A stretch of DNA of 62,267 nucleotides, counting the filler, from Porpidia crustulata (Eukaryota), in assembly GCA_964255105.1 (NCBI GenBank). It is 9 parts of 9 records of this genome, joined end to end, with 100 filler letters (N's around TTAATTAATTAA, not from the genome) between each part and the next. Parts side by side here need not be neighbours in the genome. Positions count along the whole stretch, not along the records: positions 48,546 to 55,359 come from CAXUWE010001453.1; positions 55,460 to 62,267 come from CAXUWE010001454.1; 7 more parts are not named here. One strand, written 5' to 3'. Below, piece after piece: positions 48,546-61,042 of this stretch. The position numbers and the translations under genes were made by a program. How positions within the stretch are numbered: the first letter of the stretch is position 1; every line of letters starts with the position of its first letter. The notes under the pieces were generated by a model. The model saw only the letters and a program-made list of their open reading frames with translations, did no database searches and was not told where the DNA came from.

Positions 48546-49902
48546 GAAGTGGGGTGGGCCCCATGGATGCATTCTACGACATGGGAAAGGGGGGAGATGT
48601 AGCTTACCGGCTGTGCGTACGAAAATTTGTGGGCGGTAGTTGCCGTGAAATCCGGTATGCCGTCCTCCTTCTTCCTTTGTGAGAACGTACATCGAGCACA
48701 AGAATTGCCTGTGCGCCTTTGTAGACCCAGGTTTAGCAACCACCATCCCACGCCTTACATCCTCGCGCTTCACACCACGGAGTAAGAGACCGGAGTTATC
48801 GCCCGCGCGGGACTCCTCGCAAGATTTCTTGAACGTCTCAATATCCGTGACTTTAGTCTTGATAGACTCGTTGCCCTTGCCCACCAACTCCACTTCGTTA
48901 TCTCTCTTCAATGTTCCACGCTCTACTCTCCCGGAGGCTACGGTTCCGCGACCGGGAATTGAGAAGACATCCTCGACGGACATGAGGAACGGTTTATCTG
49001 TATCGCGCTCAGGGGTCGGGATCCAGGTATCAACGGCCGAGAGCAGCTCGTCGATTTTCTGAGCTCCGATCTCGGGCTGGCGACCCTCGAGCGCGCAGAG
49101 AGCGGAACCGAGGATAATTGGGGTATCATCGCCTTCAAAGCCGTAGGTGGTGAGGAGTTCTCGCATTTCCATCTCTACCAGCTCCAACATCTCCTTGTCT
49201 TCTATCGCGTCAATCTTATTTACAAATACCACAATCTTTTGGACACCGACTTGGCGGGCGAGGAGGAGATGCTCTCTTGTTTGTGGCCTGTGTCTTGTCA
49301 AACGACTGTTGTCTACGAGACATATCTGAAATAACCTACATTTGTCCGTCCGAAGCTGCGACTACAATGACCGCTCCATCCATACTCGACGCACCCGTGA
49401 TCATGTTTTTGATGTAATCGGCGTGGCCAGGACAGTCGACGTGAGAGTAATGCCGGGCATCGGTCTGATATTCAACGTGCGCTGACGAGATGGTGATACC
49501 ACGCTTGCGTTCCTCGGGCGCTTTGTCAATCGCCCCGTATTCCAAGAAACTGGCCATACCCTTCTCCGCCTGCCGTTTTGTAATTGCGGCAGTCAATGTA
49601 GTCTACAAATGTGTGTCAGTAGAGGGTCCATACGGAATTCCTTGATAGGACACACTTTGCCATGATCGACATGACCGATGGTACCTGGTCTTGTCAGCAC
49701 TTCAGCGGATAACGACAAAAGTGAGTGATCTCATACCAATATTTACATGTGGCTTTGTCCGCTCGAATGCAGTCGCAAGCCCCCGGGACCAATTGGAATC
49801 TCTGCCAAAGACCTGTTGAACTGGATTAACGCCTCTTTGCTGCTGCAACGCGAGACGACTCGTCCTCAGCAAGGACACGAATGATCGTGTAAAAGTCGCC
49901 AT
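48546..49902 (-). CDS. TUF1: Mitochondrial elongation factor Tu; last exon missing
   Basis: Basic presequence, [73 protein letters not shown]. Spliceosomal introns show it is nuclear. Confidence 0.96.
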
Positions 49903-50742
49903 CTTGTTTCACTTTTGACAGTGTCCCAAAGACTATGGTAAGAAGGGTGGAGCGGAGAGACCGTGTGAGGAGCTGGACGAATTGCTCAGAATCTTAGATC
50001 ATCACCAGAATTTATCTCACTATGCGGAACGAGGGAAGTTTATTTTCGCCGCAACGATGAGTCAGCACCCGATCCTCAGATTTGGCGATACTCGAGCCAA
50101 CAAGTCCCCTATCAGGTCAAAGTATGGGGTAGTGAAAAGACGGCCAGATCTCTTGTTGTCTGACATTTAACCCGCATTGAAACATATTATATACAATGAT
50201 AATGGTGTCACTTCCCTACCGAGGCAGACCGGCATTCTAAATTTTCAATTTCCTCGACTTCAACCTCGACATTCTCCCCTTCAAGATCTTTGAACATCAC
50301 GCATTCATTTTCTTGGAATTCCATCCCCTCACTTCGAGACTTGACTAGACAATGAGTCATGACTGGAATCCTAGTATACATATCAAGGCTCCCTGCCTTA
50401 GCAATTGCAGCGACTACTTGGGGCTTCTAATAGATGTAGAAATTTATGAGATGCATTTTTCGTTCTATCTTCAATCGATTCCCTTCAGTAGTGACAGCGA
50501 AGTTGCTGGAATTCACACAGAAACCAGGTAGCTCTCGTGCTTGATTACTGGGTAAGGGGATCCGTGAAGTTCGGGCAATTGATTGATGAGTGCTTACGAC
50601 AGCTATGATAATCAGTCATACTTTTAGTATCACGCTCAGGGCCACCCACCTATTTGCTTGTTCATATTTGTCTGAGAAATTCCTTTGGGTAAACCGATGG
50701 TCTTCACTCAAGCAGCGTCGTACCTATAGTCGCAGTAGGAAA

Positions 50743-51423
50743 TCATAGCACTAAACCAACATGTCGGCCATTTCGTTGGTCATTCGTAATGTGAACTGCG
50801 CACTCGGAACAACAGTCATCGCCCTTTAGAAAAACCATAGGGTCCAGATTGGTATCAGTCCTGAGAAGATTCCATCGGACCAGCATTGACTGGGACAAGG
50901 CCCAACGAGCTGAGCTGTCGCCGGCCACGAGACCCATTTGTACAGAGCCTCCAGGACTTTTGATCCATTCGGTTGAAATGGGCTTGTTGAGGCCGGCATG
51001 AGAATTTGGCGCCTGTATCTTGTCTGATGGCTCATCGAATCCCTGAAAAGCCCAGACTGCCTTGGGGAAAACCACATTCTGACACATGAACGTATGTTCA
51101 CACCCGGGCAGGCGCTTCATCTGCCAATGAAAGTCCTGCATCGCTCGAAAGCCCAACTTTATTATTCCTATCTCAGCGTGAGAAGTCTTCACTGCATTCG
51201 CAGAATGTTTAACAGCCGTGCGGAGTGTACTTGCGAATCTTGTGTCAATTCTATTCCTACCAAATATTTCAGCAAGGTCTCCCTCAGTGATGTAGTCAGA
51301 TCCCGAAGTCTGGAGCTCTCGCATTAGCTGTATCAAACCTCGGCCAGCGAGGCTGACGAGAGATGCGCCTGGCAAAAATTTGGTGAGCTCGAGAGATAGT
51401 GAGAATTGGTTTGTGATTGCCAT
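50743..51423 (-). CDS. Uncharacterised fungal protein, probably an internally deleted copy
   Basis: 226-aa ORF: N-terminal NQFSLSLELT...LQTSGSDYITEGDLAEIFGRNRID joined almost directly to a C-terminal GCEH...CCSECA region. Confidence 0.55.
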   Translation of the reverse strand: MAITNQFSLSLELTKFLPGASLVSLAGRGLIQLMRELQTSGSDYITEGDLAEIFGRNRIDTRFASTLRTAVKHSANAVKTSHAEIGIIKLGFRAMQDFHWQMKRLPGCEHTFMCQNVVFPKAVWAFQGFDEPSDKIQAPNSHAGLNKPISTEWIKSPGGSVQMGLVAGDSSARWALSQSMLVRWNLLRTDTNLDPMVFLKGDDCCSECAVHITNDQRNGRHVGLVL

Positions 51424-52504
51424 GGTCCTGTCGAGACCCGGAAGCGTAGAGCATGCATACGGGTATCCATCGACAGTAACGAGAGCACAGAAAAGTAAGT
51501 CATGGCCATGCAGATACCACACAGTCAGAATTGGCGTCGCAGTCGCACACCTCCCAAATGGAGCTTGGGCGTTCGGACGGGACTGCAGGACCTCAGCGGG
51601 TTAGACGAGATGATGATTGGATACGAAAGAATCGATGACTGCAGACTTCAATGCCATAGGTGCGGTGCAGTCTAGCTCCACCTACAAACAACCACTTTGA
51701 AGAATCCTTTGGTTTTTTAAAGTAATAGCTCAATGCTAGAGCTAGAAATTCACCGTGGGAATTTGGTCCCCCATGAGTGTTGGAAGTTGGAGGTTTACTG
51801 GCAATCTCCGCCACATGGGGCTGGGGACGCTAGTGAAGAATTTCCTATATTTCCCGTTCCACCCCCTAGATAACTTCCTAACAACAACATCAATGCCAAT
51901 GCCATCAATTCCATACCTGATCCGCCAACAATGAGTGTCAGGACGAGGTTGAGCGAAACAATAGTTAGAATCTCTAGGCGCAATGCTTTAGAATGTAGAC
52001 GTATGGCAATATAGTCTCGGGTCCCTTCTGAAGCACGCTAGCATAGAGAGCCAGGCGTAGAACCATAGGTGCATAGGCAGTTGACCCATTTTGTATTCAA
52101 TCCCAGCTACCATGGAACAAGCAGCCTTTGTTCAAGAGCTTACGATTCAGAATATTTGGGACTTCGGCGAAGAGAAAAGCATCTCTTCTAGCGTAATGAA
52201 AAGAGATCCCTTGGTTTCTCGGCTGTTGCAAAGGGTCCGTTCTAATGTTTTGACAACGAGAAATCAGCATCAGGGACGGAAATCACCAGCGTTTTTAGCA
52301 TGATCGTATCAAAGACCCGAAGTACTGATTTCCATACTTCACTCAGTCAGTTGGGATAAAGCTCTACCGTTGGATGTATGTTTGATACTGGTCAAATTGA
52401 TTTCATAATTCACAAGCTTGAGAATGCACGTAGTTACAAGAAACAGACTTCGTCATCTTACAGCCTCAACCGATAACAGACTTACGTAGAAGCAGGAAAG
52501 TAGT

Positions 52505-54206
52505 CTAGTACCTTGGTGGAGGGGGCGGTGCGTAGCCACCAGGTTGCGGTGGATAACCGCCCTGTTGCGGTGGTCTTCCATACGCTTGCTGAGATGGCGG
52601 CTGACCATAGCCTTGCTGAGATGCTGGCGGCCCATAACCTTGTTGGGGAGGCGGCTGTCCATATCCTGGTTGAGATGATGGTTGCCCGTAGCCATGCTGA
52701 TAAGGCTGCTGCCCATGACCCTGCTGTGGAGGCGGCTGCCCATAACCCCGCTGCGGAGACGGTTGCCCATAACCCTGCTGGGGTTGTTGCTGAGGTGGAT
52801 ATTGCTGCTGAGGATAGCCACTGGTAGGAGGGTACTGGCTGGGGGCCTGCGCTCCATACATGGGCTGTATTGGTGCGTTGTAAGCTTGTCCACCCTGAGG
52901 ACGGGAGCCTTGCTCATCCTGAGTGTCGTACGATGAATCAATGGCACCCAACATCATTTTGATTATCTAAAACTTATAAGTGACTCTGCAGAAAGTCAGA
53001 GACATGGTTATGTACCCAGAGTCCAGGTGTCAGGTCGACTGGAGGATTCGATTTCAGCATCTCCTCTTGCTCGAGTTCGAATCCTGCGATACACAGTGTA
53101 AGCTGCTGGAATCAAAACTTAGAACCACCAACATACCTGATGTACAGTCTATAAGTTTTCCAATCTGCGGATCGGAATCTAGCCCTGCCAGAAATTTTGC
53201 TGCATCTTCATCTACTCCAACTTGCGCAAATTGAAATGAAACAGCCCCTTGGCCATACCTTGTCCTAGAGAGCTCTGTGGAGGCGTATAAAAGAGCCTCA
53301 TGGACAGCATTTTTAGGTTCGCCTAGTGGCTGCCCATCCGTTATTGTGATGATTAGTACCGGCTTTTGTAATTGGCCTCTCAGGGCAGGCTGTATGATAA
53401 GTGGTTCGAGGACGTGTTGCTTGAGCCCCTTACCCAAGGGCGTCAAACCTTGAAATGGAGTTGCGGCAATTATCTGGTCCATGATTTGTTCACTCCGGAC
53501 TCCGTCAATCATATCCGAGTAGACCACGCCACCCCTTCGTTCATTGGGATTTGGGGGAGGGCTTTGTGGAACCCATTTCATGAATCGAACCGAGATACCA
53601 TCATCATCGAAGAGCATTGCCGCTGGGACAATACGCGAGTAGATGAGCTTGAGATCCTTGATCCGCTCACCAGCGTCTTCAAATTTCATAGATCCGCTAT
53701 CATCTGATACAGTTAGTGTAAACCGTCAGGAAGGGGAGCAGCATTTACCGATATACAATATTATATCAAAAAGGGCTAGCTTAACGAGATCACGGCCGAC
53801 TTCCATTGGCACTTGCCACTGGCTACACAGTTGGTTTACTTTCGCTGGGGCAGCAGCAGCATATTTATCAAGTCTAGGATCATTGAGCGGGATCATATTT
53901 TGTAGTTGCTTTTCCTGTATTGTTGCTTGAAGAAGGCTTTTGTAAGCTGCAATCTCTTTTGGGCTTGTCTGCTTATTCGGTGGGCCGCCATATTGTTGAG
54001 TACTTTGTAGTGGTTGTTGCGATGAGTACTGGCTTCCTTGCTGCTGTGGTGGGTACTGTCCACCTAGTGGTTGAGGCGTGTACTGCCCTGGCTGACCCTG
54101 ATGCGCCCAAAATGTTAGTCTGGGGATATCAATGTCGAAGAGAGCACTTTAGCCTAGGAATCTAATCTAGACATGTGTTATAGAAGACGAAAGACGGCGC
54201 TGCCAT
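52505..54206 (-). CDS. vWA (MIDAS) domain protein with Q/P/G/Y-rich termini (family of Aspergillus RfeF-annotated proteins); start uncertain
   Basis: [61 protein letters not shown]-terminal [13 protein letters not shown] repeats. Confidence 0.85.
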
Positions 54207-55359
54207 GAGTATTATCTCTACTAGAATCTCCCAGAGAGCTTTTTGGTTGTCGAGAAGGAGGTGATCAAGGTTATTGTGGCATTGCAAGTCGCTCTATGAC
54301 TGATGACGGGATGATTTGATCGGAGTCAAAGCTCTCATGACCCAGACATGAATTCGCTTTGCAATCTTCTTTGGCTGAAGCTTCCGTTTTGAAAACTGTT
54401 TCTTGTGCAGAGAGTGCATATTGCAGAAAGATATATGCAAAAGTTTGAATAAAAGGTGTATCAATATTTTAGACAGTCATCCCTGTTCTCGAATCGATCT
54501 TGCGAAGCAGAAGTAGGTGATGCTTGGCAGAAGCGAAGAAACATATAGCGAGAATAACAAATAGGGCGAAGGACGACAATGAAAGAAGAAGAGAATTATG
54601 CTCACGGGATTGCTACCAGGGTAGGCTTGATACTGCGCCTGTCCGGGCTAAAAAGAGGTTAGTGAGACTCGCTCAATCAGACCTGTATGGGAAGTTATAC
54701 ATAGACACCAGGCTTTTGCCCTGGTTGTAATTGGGGGGGATAACCGCCTTGCTGCTGTGGTGGAGGAGCGCTGTACCCAGGCCCAGCCGGAGCCTGGCTA
54801 CCTGCGAGCTTCGAAGCAAGCTATGCAATTTTGTTAAATATCCAAAAACCATAGCCACCGGACGGAGAACATTTGGGTGCGTGAGACTGTTGAACTTACG
54901 CCCATCTTTGATACACCAAAACCTTGATGACTTTGTTGCAAGTTAAGCTTGAGTACAGCGAGTGATCAATTCTACATTAAAAGTAGGTGAGTATCAAGAC
55001 GTTCGTCGGTAAGCGTTATTTGAGAATAGCTACAATTAATTAATGAATTTGTATCAAAAATACATACCTTATTTCCGGCCCGTCAGCGATCGTATTATTC
55101 GGGGAAGATAAATAACGGTCGCAACAAAACAAGCGTCAAACGTGATGAATATAATTGAAGTGGTAGGGATACCAAGACTAAGAGGTTGAGTAAGATGCAG
55201 AGTATCAATATTAATCGTATGTGAAATGAGAGCGGGGATGTGGATGGCGTGAAGCAATCCTACATGATTGCTATACAGCAGGTAAGGCATTTTGATTTTA
55301 ACTCCTATACTCGTATAAACCCCTCCTTCGATTACACCCCTAGTTCGAAAACAGCACCT

Positions 55360-55459
55360 NNNNNNNNNNNNNNNNNNNNNNNNNNNNNNNNNNNNNNNNN
55401 NNNTTAATTAATTAANNNNNNNNNNNNNNNNNNNNNNNNNNNNNNNNNNNNNNNNNNNN
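55360..55459. other. Artificial contig spacer
   Basis: N44-TTAATTAATTAA-N44. Confidence 0.99.
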
Positions 55460-56038
55460 GGGTAGGGATGAGGAGATGGAAGAAGGGTTGGATTTTTGAT
55501 GAGGGATGGCTTAATAAATAGATTTTATAGTTTTTGGCAGGGTTGGGGAGTATCAAGGTGAGGTTACTGACGCGAAATCAAGAATCAACGATCGAGCAAA
55601 GTTGACGGATTCAACGGGATGGACGTAGATACTTTGTTGTATTTTAATTTTTATTGAGAGCGTGGGAGAGATGAATTGAAAAACTCTCCTCTGCATTGAA
55701 TGGATTGTGGATGTCGATGGTCTGATACGTTCATTCAGATTCATAGAGGACAAGGTCAGAAGACGGTGGTGGGTCATTAGCGACAATGGTCGAAGCAATG
55801 TAAAAGCATGAGAAAATTCCCATATACTCATATGAATTTCAATAATTTATGTCTGATTTCAACATCTAGCTAATGAAGCCCTCTCTTTCGCTTCTCTTTC
55901 AACTCGAAGAGAAAGGCCTAGTCTACATCGTCGTCCAACATCCATGCAAAGTCGCCCTTTTAATCGCCCTGGGAAAGCGCCAATGAAAACAGAAAAACAC
56001 GGATGCCACACGTCAGAACAATCAAGGGCATGTGTCAT

Positions 56039-58098
56039 CTAGTCCACCTCTTCGACAGTTGGTCCGTCGTCGTGACCAGCTCCACCTGGAGGTCCTCCGG
56101 CGCCGGGGAAGCCTCCACCGGGCATGCCGCCACCGGGCATACCGGGCATACCACCCATTCCTCCGGGCATACCACCCATTCCTCCTGGCATGCCTCCGCC
56201 TTCGGCACCGCCGTACATCTTGACCATGATTGGGTTTGCGACGGACTATGGAAAAGTTAGTATGGGAATGTGTTTTAAAACAGAAAGGATTCAAAGCTTA
56301 CCTCGAGCTGCTTCTGTTGACCTTCGTACTCCTCAACAGTAGCGGTCTGGTTGTCATCGAGCCACGCGACGGTCTTATCAATCTCGGTCTTGAGCTTCTC
56401 CTTATCGCCGGCATCGAGCTTCTCCTCAACCTTGGCGTCCGAGAGGGTGTTCCGTAGCGAATAGGCGTATGACTCGAGGGCGTTCTTGGCTGAGATACGG
56501 GCGGATTCGGCCTCATCCTCCTCCTTATACTTCTCGGCCTCGGATAACATACGCTCGATGTCTTCCTTCGATAGACGTCCCTTGTCATTGGTGATGACGA
56601 TCTTGTTGGTTTTCCCGGTACCTTTCTCTAGAGCCGAGACATTCATGATTCCATTGGCATCAAGGTCGAAAGTGACCTCGATCTGAGGAACACCGCGAGG
56701 CGCAGGGGGAATGCCGGAAAGCTCGAATTTACCAAGTAGGTTATTGTCCTTCGTACGGGCGCGCTCCCCCTCAAAGACTTGAATGAGCACACCTGGCTGG
56801 TTGTCGGAGAATGTGGAGAAGACTTCGGATTTTTTCGTCGGGATGGTTGTGTTTCGCTTGATGAGAGGAGTCATAACACCGCCAGCAGTCTCGATACCCT
56901 GGGACAATGGAGCAACGTCGAGCAAGAGGATTTCATTCGTGGATTTCGATGACGTGTCACCGGAGAGAATGGCAGCCTGAACGGCAGCACCATACGCAAC
57001 CGCCTCATCAGGATTTATGGACTTGTTTGGCTCCTTGCCGTTGAAGAAGTCGGAGACGAGTTTCTGGATCTTGGGGATACGGGTTGAGCCACCAACCAGG
57101 ACAATCTCGTGAACGGAAGCCTTGTCAATCTTGGCATCGCGGAGCACGCGATCGACAGGGTCCATGGTGGAACGGAAGAGATCTTGACATAGCTCCTCGA
57201 AACGAGCACGTGTGATGGAGGTATAGAAGTCGATACCTTCGTAAAGGGAGTCGATTTCAATGGAGGTCTGGGCGGATGATGAGAGGGTACGCTTCGCCCG
57301 CTCGCAGGCGGTACGGAGACGGCGAAGGGCACGGGCGTTGGTCGAGAGGTCCTTCTTGTGCTTACGCTTGAACTCGGTAACGAAGTGGTTGACCAATCGG
57401 TTATCGAAATCTTCGCCTCCCAAGTGGGTATCACCGGCAGTGGACTTGACCTCGAAGATGCCCTCCTCAATGGTCAGGAGGGAAACATCGAAAGTACCAC
57501 CTCCCAAATCAAAAATAAGGACGTTTCGCTCACCCTCGGCCTTCTTGTCGAGACCGTAGGCAATGGCGGCGGCGGTAGGCTCGTTGATGATACGGAGGAC
57601 GTTGAGACCAGCTATAAGACCAGCGTCCTTGGTGGCTTGACGCTGCGAGTCATTGAAGTAGGCCGGAACAGTGACGACGGCGTTATTGACGGTACCACCA
57701 AGATATGACTCGGCAGTCTCCCTCATCTTCGTCAACACCATCGACGAAATCTCCTCTGGTGTGAAGAATTTCTGCTCGCCCTTGAACTCGACCTGGATGA
57801 CTGGCTTGGCGGCCTTGTCGACAATCTTGAAGGGGAAATGCTTCATGTCAGCTTGTACCTCAGCGTCCGCAAACTTCCGGCCAATCAGGCGCTTGGCATC
57901 GAAGACAGTGTTGTAGGGGTTCATGGCGACTTGGTTCTTGGCCGAGTCACCAATGAGGCGCTCTGTATCGGTGAAAGCAACGAACGATGGGGTGGTTCGA
58001 TTACCCTGGTCATTGGCAATGATTTCTATTCGGTCATCGCGGTAGATTCCAACACACGAATAGGTCGTGCCCAAATCAATACCAATGGCTGGTGCCAT
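56039..58098 (-). CDS. HSP70: Cytosolic Hsp70 (SSA family), one intron near the 3' end
   Basis: [36 protein letters not shown] repeats, terminal GPTVEEVD. Confidence 0.98.
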
Positions 58099-58277
58099 GA
58101 CTGGTGGTTCGGGTGTTGTATTTAGAATAAGATCTGATAGTGCAACCTATGCAGTGAAGCCTCTTGAATTGTAAGATCGTGAAGATGATTAGGAGGGTAT
58201 CTTTGTGTACGCGTGTATGTGGAAGAAAATTTATTTGATGTTCTACGTTGTGCGGGTTTTAATAGTAGGCAGTGATT

Positions 58278-58320
58278 TTCGTGGAGCTTCTAGCGTTTTC
58301 CAAGAGAATCCATGAGGTTC
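58278..58320. promoter_or_regulatory. Step-type heat-shock element
   Basis: TTC at 58278, 58288 and 58298 (TTC-N7-TTC-N7-TTC) with another in phase at 58318, about 180-220 bp upstream of the Hsp70 ATG. Confidence 0.65.
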
Positions 58321-61042
58321 CACCGCCAGAAAATTTACACTGCCAGTCACAACTACAACTTTCCTGAAGACACCAGACAGGTGGATGATTCACGGTGAGT
58401 CTACTTGGTAGCATGAGTAAATGATGCTGATTATATTGATACTATTGATATTATTACTCCTATACATTGCTTGACTGTTAAGTGACAAGAGCGACAACCC
58501 CTCGAACGTTATAGCGACGTCGCTAAACCTCGTTTAGCTTATCGATACACAATGATTGCTGACTCATCCACCCTCTGAAATTTTCAATTCGCTACCTAGG
58601 CAACAGAGGAACTTGTCCATCCACAGGTCAACGTCATATCACCAATCATGCTTTCTACGTGTGATATCTCTATCCATCGCAAGTGACTGTGACCCCACAT
58701 AGAACAAGAAGATAGTTGGAGTTGCTGTCATTCTTGACGTTGGTACATACCAATCGCACAAGATCTACCGGTTAAGGACTCACTACAGCTGAAGATAATA
58801 GGCAAGTTCGGCGGTAGGCTTTCTACCTTAGGAAACTACCATACTGGATCGCTGAGTCTACAAGCAGTATATAGGGAGACCAGCGCAAATCGGAAGTACT
58901 CGCCAACGCTGATGTTAAGTTCCCTGTGCCTGTCACCGTGTCGAGATCCGCCAACCCCATTGGGATGTGTAGAATCTGCGAAGTAGCAACCATGTGCTGC
59001 TACTTATTCATATGTGCTATAGGACATACAATGGTTTAACAGAATTCATATTCGCTGCTATACATTCTAATCTATCTGGCTGTCTGAATTTTCCTTTTGT
59101 TCATGTACTGGCTGGTCTGAACTTTTACGGCCAGACGTGCCGCCCCTTGTATCCAAGCTTTTGCATCACTGAATTTTGTTTACGGCGTTGAAGACAATAT
59201 TATCGACAGTAGTTCACCGAAAGACCTTGTCTCATTGTCCTCTTATAAGACTACACGAAGTGGTTGCCTATTCACTCAGGCCATGTTAGAGGAGGCGTTT
59301 TGGGATCCAACCTTTCTATATCTTCTGGCTTATATCCTCTCCATATAATATCTAGCCACACTGCTGCCATATCGTTGGGCTGTAATGCTAACTTTGGATC
59401 TTAGTGGGACTGCACGATTCTGGTACGAGGTAAGACATGAATAGAGCGAAACTGGTATTTCTCAAATTCAAGGCTTCTTGACAAGAATGGCATTGGTGAT
59501 CATCAGCTCTGAAACGTTGGTAGATACGCAAGTCGGGTGTTCCTGATCCACTCCAGGTTGCAGCTTGCAGATAATTTGGTGTCGCATGCAGATGGCCCGT
59601 GCAATCGTGCAGTCGTGCAGATTAACCTTGAAGTTACCAATCGTTCACATCCCCAAATTGGAAGAGGCTGTTTTCATTATGATCCAGCTAGTTGCCCCTA
59701 TAAACGACGGGGCAGGGTGCATAGCATTTCTGCAAGATTGCCTCCACTGAGAAAACACTGCATCTCAGCGATAGGCGATGAAGCTTTCGAAGAATAATAG
59801 GCAACGCCACTATCTCGAAATGGAGGTGCTTTTTTTGTACTTCCGTGTTAGGAACTACATCATGTTTTCCTCTGCCGATCATCACCAATTTTTGACGCTG
59901 ATCACGGCTGACCTTGAGATCCTCCCCTTTCAAAACGGGGGACCATGCCGATCTCAGACTTATAATTCGTTTTTGCAAAGCGTGTGTGATGTTACTGTAT
60001 CTCGTCTATTCCTATCTTTTGACCCAATCATCTCAATTTATAGGGGACGCCCCAAGCGTTGGCTTTCCGACCCCAATGAACCCTGGACCTCCGCTATTTC
60101 CCTGACGGTTACCAGCGCCAAGGCATGGGACGGCACGTCGTCGCCATTGAGCTGCACGACTGATATCGCAACTTAGCGTCCACATAGATGGTACGACTGA
60201 TGATTGTCTAGATACAGCCCACTTGCGATACGATAACTTTGACGTGCCGTATATTCACTCGTGACAAGGGTCGCTGGTTTATTTTCTCATCAACTGATAC
60301 ATCATATCTGACCTTGTACGGACGATGCCCCTTTTCATTCAATACCCTTTCGCACTGGGACGCCAATCTATATATCTACTGCATTACAGCAAGGATATGG
60401 GCTGCGAGGTCCAAACACCTAAGGTGGATCAATATTCTTCTTCATACCGCAAGTCCTACTCGGCCAGCGCTTCCAACAGTAGCTAACCTATGTCTAGTCT
60501 TCTCCGAGGACTTGTCGATACTCCCATCTGATGACCCTGGCACGGCATTCTGTCGATCAGAAGTTCTCAAAATACGCCTCCTACGAGGTAGATCTCAACT
60601 AGTTCTTGCTCTTCGTCAACTAAAACTTTATTTCAATATCTTCAGATACGGCAGCATCATGCCGATGCCGTTGCTCTGTCTGATAGCGTACCCTCTGCGT
60701 ATCCTGCTCTATGCCTAGTCCGCATTTGTCACCGTCGGACGCAATTCCCTCTTGCTCCCTTCCGTATTCCGGCCAAGAGGCAAGTGGCAAAAGAAAAATC
60801 TCCTAGAATCTAGCAACAGAAGTGACAAATATCTGGCGATCTGGATTCGACCGTTCTCGGCCTCATCCTCTCTTCCACTAGGTATCGGCTTTCTTTTACG
60901 ATAACGCAGCCTAGGGCCTGTCTGGAGTATATAAGAGCTTGGTTTCTTGATGGAAAAGCTTCTCATCTAGTTACTCTTCAATACCAATATCCCCTGTTGC
61001 AACGTCCTAAGTTTGATACTACTTCAATCATCATCAGACAAT

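Noticed and set aside
56124..58125. Long antisense and alternative-frame ORFs over Hsp70
   Set aside because: Well-known by-product of strong codon bias in hsp70 genes.
59200..60950. Short ORFs of 60-160 aa between Hsp70 and the hydrolase (similarly 19300-20700 and 39650-40900)
   Set aside because: No recognisable motifs or consistent exon chain; possibly decayed genes, but not supportable by eye.
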